From Lentimicrobiaceae bacterium (GTDB lineage Bacteria > Bacteroidota > Bacteroidia > Bacteroidales > WCHB1-69), in the NCBI GenBank assembly GCA_009787485.1, contig WQWP01000002.1, positions 1 through 50,321 of the forward strand: DNA of 50,321 nucleotides, given 5' to 3'. A program made the position numbers and the translations under genes. Under the pieces are notes generated by a model that was given only the letters and a program-made list of their open reading frames with translations, had not been told where the DNA came from and did no database searches. Positions 42,728-50,321 of the stretch are shown piece after piece; position 1 is the stretch's first letter, and the number at the start of each line of letters is the position of its first letter.

Positions 42728-43516
42728 ATGACCCTTCCCATCAAATCGCAATTTACTTTTATCTCTTTTATCCTTTTTATCTTTTTATCCTTTTCATCAT
42801 CAGGCAATTCGCTGAAAGATACCGCCGTTCTGTATCTGCAACAAGCCAACGAAGCCTACCAATTGAACAACTTTGAAAATGCCGTTGCATTATATACGAA
42901 AGTAGTTGATTTGCAATATGAAAGCGCTATCCTGTACTATAATCTCGGCAATGCGTATTTTAAAAGCGGGGATAACGCGCGGGCGCTGCTCTGGCTTGAA
43001 AGAGCGCTTAGGTTAGATCCTAATAATGAGGATATTATTCACAACATCACCTACGTTCAACAAAAATTGATTGATAGAATTGAACATTTGCCGGAGTTGT
43101 TTATAGTGAAATTATGGAACAGCGTTTCTCATTTTTTAACAGGCAATCAATGGGCAATTCTGAGTATTATTGCCTGTGCCGTATTTGCGTTATGTTTGTT
43201 GCTTATTTTGTTAATTCGTATTTCGTGGGTACGCTCGCTGTCGGTTTTTATCGCCATTCTTGCATTGTTTTTTACAATATTCTCCATGATTTTTGCGAAG
43301 AAAGAAAGTGCACGCTATATTCAACATCCTGAGGGCATTGTGATGGGCTATGTGGTGCACGTAAAAAGTACGCCCAACGAAAAAGGCTCCGATTTGTTTG
43401 TGATTCACTCCGGGTTAAAAGTAGGTATTACCGACCAATTGAATGAGTGGGTGGAAATTAGGCTGCCGAATGGGGAGAAAGGGTGGGTGCTATCTGCCCA
43501 AATCGAAAAGATTTAA
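42728..43516 (+). CDS. TPR plus SH3b membrane protein (BatE-like)
   Basis: Signal/TM segment, TPR repeats (AVALYTKVVDL...YYNLGNAYFKSGDNARALLWLERALRLDPNN), two TM helices, and a C-terminal SH3-like segment (WVEIRLPNGEKGWV). Confidence 0.6.
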   Translation: MTLPIKSQFTFISFILFIFLSFSSSGNSLKDTAVLYLQQANEAYQLNNFENAVALYTKVVDLQYESAILYYNLGNAYFKSGDNARALLWLERALRLDPNNEDIIHNITYVQQKLIDRIEHLPELFIVKLWNSVSHFLTGNQWAILSIIACAVFALCLLLILLIRISWVRSLSVFIAILALFFTIFSMIFAKKESARYIQHPEGIVMGYVVHVKSTPNEKGSDLFVIHSGLKVGITDQLNEWVEIRLPNGEKGWVLSAQIEKI

Positions 43517-43519
43517 TTT

Positions 43520-43580
43520 TTCACGCAAAGACGCGAAGGCGCAAAGAAAAAAAACTTTGCGCCTCTGCGCCTTTGCGTGA
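43520..43580. terminator. Long imperfect palindrome between convergent genes (likely bidirectional terminator, repeat family cgcaaaggcgcagag)
   Basis: tcacgcaaagacgcgaaggcgcaaag-aaaaaaaaa-ctttgcgcctctgcgcctttgcgtga. The arms match at 23 of 26 positions. Confidence 0.6.
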
Positions 43581-43586
43581 AATTAA

Positions 43587-45896
43587 TTACTGTACAAACA
43601 AAAACTTCGCCACCTTCTTCTCTTTCCCGCTTTTACTTGAAGCCATCACAAAATAAACCCCTGTAGCAGGCCGGTTGCCATAAAAATCCTTACCATTCCA
43701 AATGAGTTGCCCGCCGTAGGCAATGCCTTGCCATATCAAATTTCCGGCGGCATCGGTAATTTTACAAAAGGCATCTTCCATTAAGCCTCTCACGGCAACG
43801 GGTCCGAAATAATTTTCACGCACCGGGTTCGGATACACCAGCACTTCTTTAAAGTCCGGTTTTCCTATAGTGGCAGTGCCTTTGTACGAAAGAAGTCCTT
43901 CTGCGGTAGCGATAAACACTTCTCCACTTTCATGATTAATCTTAATATCATTAATTTGATTAGAGAATAACGGCGAGTTGTCGGTCGTAAAATGAAAAAG
44001 CTCCTGCGTTCCGGCTGGAGAAACTAAAAATACGCCGGCGCTCTGTGTTCCAATCCATTTTCTGTCGGCAGCATCTACCGCGATACAGGTAATATATTCC
44101 GATTCCAAAAGATACTGCCAATAGCCTTCTTCGTTCGATGAAATATCTTGTTTTATCAAAATATTTTTTGCATAAACGGTTCTGCTAAAAACAGATCCTG
44201 CATCATAAATTACTTTTACGCCCTGGTCGGCGCCAATCCAAATACGCCCTTCTCTGTCCTCCGCAATGCAGTTAATACGATTGGCATTCACCAATGCCTG
44301 CGTTGTAATGTCAACCCTTTTTACCTCCACATTATTCGGCGCACCCCGCAATACATACAAATGGTTTTGCCTTGGAGCTGTAACCCATCTATAATTGCGC
44401 GAATCAATGATCAGGTGTTCCGTAAAATTCACACTGCTGGGCAAAACCACAGAGTGCCATTCTTCTGCTATGGTATTGAGATTTTTAACTTTTATTTGAT
44501 GGGTGGATCCCGATTGCGCCATCCACAGATAGTTTTGTTTATCAATTGCCAATCCAGATAACAAGACTCTTCCGTCGTCGAGATTCGTAGCGGCCAACGG
44601 AGAGTTGCTGTTATCATAATAGTTTATTTCATTTGTAGTTTTGTTAATTTTATAAAGGCCCCCTACCCAGGAAGCCATATAGCATTCGTTTGTATTTAAC
44701 GGGTTTATTACCACCGAATTAAATGCCACTCCTTTTGAAAACTGCCTATAATCTACGGTGTACGACCACCATTGGTCGTTATGTAATGTACTAACTGCAC
44801 CGAGACTCCAATTTGGACTAAGGTCGTTATTGCGCGCACCAGGCACCATAGCTAAAGTGCCTCCGTTAAAAAATAATTCGTAGGCGTCGCCGCTAGCAGG
44901 TCCTTCCGCTGTAATTATTTCAAATTCTTCGGTTTCTGTGTCTATCTTAATCAATCCTAAGTTATTGTTCGCCAGCCAAATATTAGTTTTTCCATCCCAT
45001 ATAGCCCAACGTTCCTGATAGTCATTCGGAAGCGTTGGTTCCCAAGTATATCGCGCGTATGTATTTCCTGAAAAGAGTTTAACGTGATCCCAGGTAGAAA
45101 CAACCATTTTCTCATCCATTACATCAATACTTCTAAAATAAGTGGTTCTCAGCAAATTATCGGGTTTCCAATGAGCATTTTCAAACACGAACGCCAGATC
45201 CGGTATTGTACTTCCGCCACCATCTTGCACGGCAAATAATCTGTTTTGGTAGCTGCATAGTAGTTTAAAAGATGCTTCCGGAAGTTCGCGCTCTAATGTC
45301 CATATAGAAAAATCGGCAGCATTGGAAGTGGTTACAGGCAGTGAAAAAACACCTTTGTCGGTAGCCAAATAATAACGCTGATTGTGTATGGTTAAATAAC
45401 GTGCACGGTAAGGTTCATTTTGACGTATTGTAAACCAGGAATCCTTTACTAATAAAGTATTTAAGTCTAAAACGACCACTCCAAAATCGCAAGAAAAATA
45501 AGCCAAATCTCCGGAAGTAAAAATTTGATTAATGGTTTTAGAACCTGTAATTTGTTTGTTCAAAATATCGCGAATATTATGCACTTTGTAATCATTAATT
45601 ACATCAATATTCGCATTTCTATAAGCAATAATTAAGTTTTTTTTGTTGGCATGGAGGGTTTGAATGCCTATTTCCGACAAACCGTTTAATTTAGACCACT
45701 TCTCTAACGACCCGTCGCGCTTGTCCACTACTAATATGCTTTGGCTTGTTGCCGCATAAATATTTTCATTGTCTTGCGCTACGCAATGAAATCGGTTGTA
45801 GGGTAAGTATTCTTTAAATTGACCAATGGGAACCTCCTGAGCCCAAAGGAAAAAAGATAAACAATGAAGGAGAACGAGAAATATTTTTTTATACAT
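43587..45896 (-). CDS. Beta-propeller protein with a T9SS CTD, PorZ-like
   Basis: 769 aa with a signal peptide, repeated propeller-like segments, and a C-terminal CTD (VYPNPVRENYF...ATGVYFVMASS...). Size and architecture fit PorZ. I did not verify this by search. Confidence 0.5.
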   Translation of the reverse strand: MYKKIFLVLLHCLSFFLWAQEVPIGQFKEYLPYNRFHCVAQDNENIYAATSQSILVVDKRDGSLEKWSKLNGLSEIGIQTLHANKKNLIIAYRNANIDVINDYKVHNIRDILNKQITGSKTINQIFTSGDLAYFSCDFGVVVLDLNTLLVKDSWFTIRQNEPYRARYLTIHNQRYYLATDKGVFSLPVTTSNAADFSIWTLERELPEASFKLLCSYQNRLFAVQDGGGSTIPDLAFVFENAHWKPDNLLRTTYFRSIDVMDEKMVVSTWDHVKLFSGNTYARYTWEPTLPNDYQERWAIWDGKTNIWLANNNLGLIKIDTETEEFEIITAEGPASGDAYELFFNGGTLAMVPGARNNDLSPNWSLGAVSTLHNDQWWSYTVDYRQFSKGVAFNSVVINPLNTNECYMASWVGGLYKINKTTNEINYYDNSNSPLAATNLDDGRVLLSGLAIDKQNYLWMAQSGSTHQIKVKNLNTIAEEWHSVVLPSSVNFTEHLIIDSRNYRWVTAPRQNHLYVLRGAPNNVEVKRVDITTQALVNANRINCIAEDREGRIWIGADQGVKVIYDAGSVFSRTVYAKNILIKQDISSNEEGYWQYLLESEYITCIAVDAADRKWIGTQSAGVFLVSPAGTQELFHFTTDNSPLFSNQINDIKINHESGEVFIATAEGLLSYKGTATIGKPDFKEVLVYPNPVRENYFGPVAVRGLMEDAFCKITDAAGNLIWQGIAYGGQLIWNGKDFYGNRPATGVYFVMASSKSGKEKKVAKFLFVQ

Positions 45897-45902
45897 AAAG
45901 CA

Positions 45903-47138
45903 TTAGTATTTGTTTTTTAAATAATTGGTTTTCAGTCCTTGTAAAGACAGCCACGAAGTGAGTAAACTGACGCCGGCGACTAAGCAAAATACGACCGCAA
46001 AATCTTTGAAAACTATCGCCACCGGATAGGCAGTAATGATGTAAGATTCCGCATTACCCAGCATAATAAATTCAAAGTATTGTTGTAATAAACAAGCAAC
46101 TAGCCCGATGCACATGCCCAGAAATCCACCGAAAATTCCAATCATAGCGCCTACCATTAAAAATACTTTTTTTAGTAACGCCTTAGATGCGCCCAAAGTG
46201 TACAAAATAGAAATATCTTGTTTTTTTTCTATGATGAGCATGCCCAAAATGCCGATGATGTTAAAAGCGGCAATGATAAATATAAAAGCAAGTATGAGAT
46301 AAACGATTAAGTTTTCGGCTTTTATAGTTTTAAACAGTAGCGGTTCCTGTTGCATTTGATTAAGCACGGTAAAATCATCTCCCACTATTTGCGCTATTTT
46401 CTTTTGCACTTTTTCAAACGGCGCCTGTTCCTCAAGATAAATGGCGATGTAGGAGATTTCAGCGTCATAATCAAACAGTGCTTTCGCGAGGGTCATCGGA
46501 ACAAATACGGAATGTTCATCATAAGGTGTGTAGCTTGCAAAAACTCCAACAGGAACAGCATAATCTATTTGAAACGCGTCCATTGGGTTGATGAAGTTTT
46601 TTTTGGTGCGTTTTGGATAATAGAGTTTTGCCGGAACATAGTCGTAAAGGTCAATGCCTATAAATCCGGCAATTCCGGCGCCAAAAACGATATGGTTTGG
46701 GGTAGAGAGGTCAAAATCGCCATCAATGGTCATGGCGGCTAAACCTGATAGGTCGGGATAATTATCAGAAACTCCGTATAGTGTGGTTAGCATTTGTTTT
46801 TCATCGTATGTAACTAAAACCAAATCGCTTAATACCGGCTCTGCCGTTTTTACGCCTGCTATATTTTTTAAATCTGATATTGAAAACAGTTGATTTTCTA
46901 ATGAAAAAACTTTCCCTTCTTTTATTTCAATTTTTATGGGTGGGTTAAAGCGGTTGAAATTACTGACCACCAAGTCCTGCATTCCGTTAAACACCGAAAG
47001 CACAATGATTAACGCGGCAGTACTTGCCATAATGCCCAGCACGGAAATGCCGGAAATAATATTAATAATATTGTGTTTTTTGGGCGAAAACAGATACCGG
47101 AGCGCTATAAAAAAGGCAGTGTGGAATGAATTTCTCAC
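45903..47138 (-). CDS. FtsX-family ABC transporter permease (LolC/E-like)
   Basis: FIALRYLFSPKKHNIINIISGISVLGIMASTAALIIVLSVFNG N-terminus, a large periplasmic loop, and three C-terminal TM helices. Confidence 0.8.
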   Translation of the reverse strand: MRNSFHTAFFIALRYLFSPKKHNIINIISGISVLGIMASTAALIIVLSVFNGMQDLVVSNFNRFNPPIKIEIKEGKVFSLENQLFSISDLKNIAGVKTAEPVLSDLVLVTYDEKQMLTTLYGVSDNYPDLSGLAAMTIDGDFDLSTPNHIVFGAGIAGFIGIDLYDYVPAKLYYPKRTKKNFINPMDAFQIDYAVPVGVFASYTPYDEHSVFVPMTLAKALFDYDAEISYIAIYLEEQAPFEKVQKKIAQIVGDDFTVLNQMQQEPLLFKTIKAENLIVYLILAFIFIIAAFNIIGILGMLIIEKKQDISILYTLGASKALLKKVFLMVGAMIGIFGGFLGMCIGLVACLLQQYFEFIMLGNAESYIITAYPVAIVFKDFAVVFCLVAGVSLLTSWLSLQGLKTNYLKNKY

Positions 47139-47141
47139 GGT

Positions 47142-47477
47142 TTACGATTTCAACAGGTTTTCAATGTTTTCGAGGTAGTCTAACGAGTCATCAATAAAAA
47201 AGTCGAGCTGCGGAATGACACGCAATTGGTGCTTCACCTTTTGCGCCAAACGATACCGGATGTCTTTTGTGTTTTTTCTGATGGCTTTCATGACCTTATT
47301 GTTATCTTCTGAATTAAAGATACTTAAGTAGGAGCGCGCCAGCGACAAATCGGGAGTTACTTTGGTTTGCGTTACCGTAATCATGCAGTCATACACGGGA
47401 ATTCCGTCTCCCAAAAAAATCTCAGCAAGTTCTTTCTGAATCAGTTTGGCTATTTTGCTTTGGCGGGTGCTGTCCAT
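47142..47477 (-). CDS. rbfA: Ribosome-binding factor A
   Basis: 111 aa: RQSKIAKLIQKELAEIF...ITVTQTKVTPDLSLARSYLSIF. Confidence 0.85.
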   Translation of the reverse strand: MDSTRQSKIAKLIQKELAEIFLGDGIPVYDCMITVTQTKVTPDLSLARSYLSIFNSEDNNKVMKAIRKNTKDIRYRLAQKVKHQLRVIPQLDFFIDDSLDYLENIENLLKS

Positions 47478-47547
47478 AATGTTCGTTTCAAATTGTATTT
47501 ATAACGATGGCAATATGTTTTTCGTACTACAAACTTGATTTTATCCC

Positions 47548-47575
47548 GTAGAGACATGGCTCGCAATGCCTCTCC
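47548..47575. repeat. GTAGAGAC-type hairpin element, copy 5 (chimeric with a gctcgcaat module)
   Basis: gtagagacat-ggctcgca-atgcctctcc. The arms pair at 8 of 10 positions. Confidence 0.55.
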
Positions 47576-47590
47576 TAATTGTTGTGTATG

Positions 47591-48352
47591 TCACGATAAA
47601 AACGCCAAATATTCCTCCGTCAAATACAAATTATCCGCTATAGTATCATTTTCCAACCTTATTGGAATAGGAAACTGCAAGTTTTGATGAGGAATTTGTT
47701 GAACCGGAGCTAAAAGCGCCATGTTTCGCCTTTTAGAAAAAATATTGGCTTTGACTTCGTGTTTGCAATAAAAATCTCTTAAAAAAGAAACCATTTTTGC
47801 CCCTACTGAGGTTTGCTCATTTTCTAGTAAGTATGAAATATCTTTTATTTTGAAAGAAGATATGTTTGTTAAAAACTGCGAAAACATCTCATTTTCAATG
47901 TTTTTTTTTGCAAATAATAGCAACAAATAATCCATATTGGCAAACTCCAGGTCAAAAAAACGCAATCCTTGGTTGTTAAACAGGTACAGCCACTCATCGA
48001 ATAAAAAACCGGTTTGAAAAGTGAGTTTTTTTTCTGTTTTTGAAACAATTCGTTCTTCCGGATTCAATAATGTTTTATTTTCTAAAAGCAAACAATGGAT
48101 AGGCTCTTTTTGAAAGTATTCTGCATAAAAGACAGCAAATCGGGCAGAAAATTGATCTGAAACATGCTCAAAATCGGGCAAAATAGTAAATGTGATTTGT
48201 TCGGCTTGCCCTAATTGGTTGGCAAAAGGAAACGCAGAAAGGTCAGATTGCAAGGCAAATATCCGATATGTATTATATGTGCCGAAAAAATCATGAATTT
48301 TTAATGAGGGCGTTTTTTTCGGTTTTGTCGTTGTTTTTTTTGCCATTTTCAC
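47591..48352 (-). CDS. Hypothetical protein downstream of rnc
   Basis: 253 aa with no recognisable catalytic motif. It has a weak resemblance (DLEFANMDYLLLL) to the IPExxxVDY-type proteins that I recall near rnc in Bacteroidota; this is tentative. It overlaps the rnc 3' end by 62 nt. Confidence 0.4.
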   Translation of the reverse strand: MKMAKKTTTKPKKTPSLKIHDFFGTYNTYRIFALQSDLSAFPFANQLGQAEQITFTILPDFEHVSDQFSARFAVFYAEYFQKEPIHCLLLENKTLLNPEERIVSKTEKKLTFQTGFLFDEWLYLFNNQGLRFFDLEFANMDYLLLLFAKKNIENEMFSQFLTNISSFKIKDISYLLENEQTSVGAKMVSFLRDFYCKHEVKANIFSKRRNMALLAPVQQIPHQNLQFPIPIRLENDTIADNLYLTEEYLAFLS

Positions 48353-49064
48353 TGTCTTTTTGTAGTTGTTCCCATGCCTTTTCTGCCGCTAACTGATCGG
48401 CTTTTTTTACTGTAAAGTCTTCTGCTTCGGCAATAAAGCTGTTATTCAAATAACATCGCGAAATAAACAATTTTCTTCCTTTAGGATTACCTGCTGTGCT
48501 ATTTTCGAATCGAATTTTATGATGATTTTTTTGCGCCCAATTCAAAATTTTACTTTTATAGTTGTGTTCTTCCTGTAATACGGAATCCAAATCCATAAAT
48601 GTAAGAAGTAATTTGTTGATAATAATGTCTTTAGTTTTTTCATATCCTTTATCTAAATAAAGTGCACCGATAAGCGCTTCAAAAACATCTCCGTGAATAG
48701 ATTTCGGCTCCGTATGTGGCTCTACCACTACAAATTTCTCCAATCCCATTTTTCTGGATAATTTATTCAAATGGTCTCGGCATACAATTTTAGAGCGCAT
48801 TTCCGTTAGCGGACCTTCCGGGTGCAGCGGAAATTTTTTAAACAAGTAATCTGCAACAACAGCGCTTAGTACCGCATCGCCAAGATACTCCAATCGCTCA
48901 TTATTAATAGTATTACACATCGCATCTTTTGAAGATGCTGAGCTATGAATGAATGCTATTTTGTAAACATCTAAATTTCGAGGTTTGAAACCCAACACAT
49001 TTTTAAGAAATTTTGCAATTTCTTTTTCAGTAACGGTCTCTTTTCCAAAAATATTCAAACTCAA
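48291..49064 (-). CDS. rnc: Ribonuclease III
   Basis: The ERLEYLGDAVL signature and a dsRBD-like C-terminus. It lies 5 nt downstream of fabF. Confidence 0.9.
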   Translation of the reverse strand: MSLNIFGKETVTEKEIAKFLKNVLGFKPRNLDVYKIAFIHSSASSKDAMCNTINNERLEYLGDAVLSAVVADYLFKKFPLHPEGPLTEMRSKIVCRDHLNKLSRKMGLEKFVVVEPHTEPKSIHGDVFEALIGALYLDKGYEKTKDIIINKLLLTFMDLDSVLQEEHNYKSKILNWAQKNHHKIRFENSTAGNPKGRKLFISRCYLNNSFIAEAEDFTVKKADQLAAEKAWEQLQKDSENGKKNNDKTEKNALIKNS

Positions 49065-49069
49065 TATGA

Positions 49070-50317
49070 TTAATCAAATTTAGAAAAAACAAGAGATGCA
49101 TTATGTCCACCAAAGCCAAACGAGTTTGAAATTGCTGCATAAAAATTGTGCGTTATCGCATGATTGGGCACAAAATTAAAGTCAGGAATTTCCGGATCTT
49201 TTTCTTTTAAGTTGATGGTAGGCGGCACTTTTCCGGTTTGCAGTGCAAGAATGGTAGCAATTGCCTCTATTGCCCCTGCGGCGCCCAGCGTGTGTCCCGT
49301 CATAGATTTGGTCGCATTGATCGCCATGTTATAAGCGTGTGCGCCAAAAAGCTCCTGAATTGCTAAACATTCTGAAATATCTCCGAGCGGCGTTGAGGTT
49401 CCATGTGTGTTAATATGCCCAATATCGGTAATACTTAATTTGGCATCTTCAATTGCTATTTTCATTGCCAATTTTGCTGCCTCTCCTTCCGGATGTGGCG
49501 CTGTAATATGGTGAGTATCTGTAACTAGACTCACTCCTGCCAATTCTGCGTAGATTTTAGCGCCCCGTGCTTTGGCATGTTCATAATCTTCCACCACTAA
49601 AGTTCCGGAACCTTCTCCAATAACAAAACCGTCGCGCGTAATGTCGAACGGACGTGAGGCGGTTTCAAACTCATCATTTCGGGTAGAGAGCGCATTCATG
49701 GCATTAAACCCGCCAATTGCTAATGGATTAATACAACCTTCTGCGCCACCGGAGATCACCACATCTACTTTTCCCAATTGTATGGCATGATAGGCATCGG
49801 CTAAAGCATTTGCAGAAGATGCGCATGCTGAGGTAGTTACGCAATTAACACCTGAAAATCCATAATGCAAAGCGATATTACCTGAAATCATATCACTTAA
49901 TGTGCGAGGAAGTAAAAACGGGCTAAACCGGGGAATTCCTCCGTTTTCATTGAGGCTATTTACTGCTTCAACCACTGCGTTTAACCCACCGATTGCCGTT
50001 CCCAAAATGACACCTACGCGTTGTTTGTTAATTTTTTCAAGCTCCAATCCACTGTCTTTAATGGCTTCCATTGCCGTAACAAAAGCATATTGTCCGCATC
50101 TATCCATAGCGCGGGCGGCTTTTCTATCTATAAACTGCGTGGGATCAAAGTTTTTTACCTCGCAAGCGAACTTTGTTTTAAAATTTTCCGCATCAAAATA
50201 AGTAACAGGATTTGCCCCACTTACTCCTTTCAGCAAACTGTTCCAATATTCAGAAACCGTATTACCAATAGGAGTAAGTGCACCTAATCCGGTAATAACA
50301 ATCCTTTTAACTTTCAT
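49070..50317 (-). CDS. fabF: Beta-ketoacyl-ACP synthase II
   Basis: 415 aa with the active-site context TACASS, HITAPHPEG, INTHGTSTPLGD and GFGGHNASLVFSK. Confidence 0.92.
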   Translation of the reverse strand: MKVKRIVITGLGALTPIGNTVSEYWNSLLKGVSGANPVTYFDAENFKTKFACEVKNFDPTQFIDRKAARAMDRCGQYAFVTAMEAIKDSGLELEKINKQRVGVILGTAIGGLNAVVEAVNSLNENGGIPRFSPFLLPRTLSDMISGNIALHYGFSGVNCVTTSACASSANALADAYHAIQLGKVDVVISGGAEGCINPLAIGGFNAMNALSTRNDEFETASRPFDITRDGFVIGEGSGTLVVEDYEHAKARGAKIYAELAGVSLVTDTHHITAPHPEGEAAKLAMKIAIEDAKLSITDIGHINTHGTSTPLGDISECLAIQELFGAHAYNMAINATKSMTGHTLGAAGAIEAIATILALQTGKVPPTINLKEKDPEIPDFNFVPNHAITHNFYAAISNSFGFGGHNASLVFSKFD

Positions 50318-50321
50318 TAAA

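Noticed and set aside
46350-46742. 130-aa plus-strand ORF opposite the FtsX-family permease gene
   Set aside because: It is embedded antisense to a well-supported permease ORF and has no motif.

Overview
This is a Bacteroidota-type chromosomal window. It carries type IX secretion (T9SS) genes (porU-porV, porP/sprF-like, porZ-like), several proteins ending in T9SS C-terminal sorting domains (CTDs), and TAnnTTTG-like promoter boxes. It holds about 40 genes, mostly housekeeping: the tuf 3' end, tRNA-Trp, dnaX, rel/spoT, an lptF/G-type permease, the transketolase N-subunit, a HIT protein, greA, prfA, ispF, rsmD, atpF, an ABC-F ATPase, RNase HI, a lolC/E-like permease, rbfA, rnc and fabF. I found no rRNA, CRISPR array, integrase, IS element or prophage. 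Three things stand out. (1) A tightly packed three-gene minus-strand operon at 12720-23235. It encodes a 1293-aa TonB-dependent-type receptor, a 1793-aa secreted giant with a CTD-like end, and a second PorV paralogue. I cannot assign it to any named system, and it is my best candidate for an undescribed outer-membrane/surface module. (2) dnaX is split into a gamma-like ORF and a tau C-terminal ORF in the +1 frame, with a CCC-C slip-prone site in the overlap. (3) The window is heavily colonised by small palindromic elements and 7-nt microsatellites. Several are translated in frame inside conserved genes (dnaX linker, ABC-F linker, a histidine kinase ATPase domain, a T9SS CTD, a PASTA protein), and two abut start codons. 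All functional calls come from reading the supplied translations and the DNA by eye. No database search was run.
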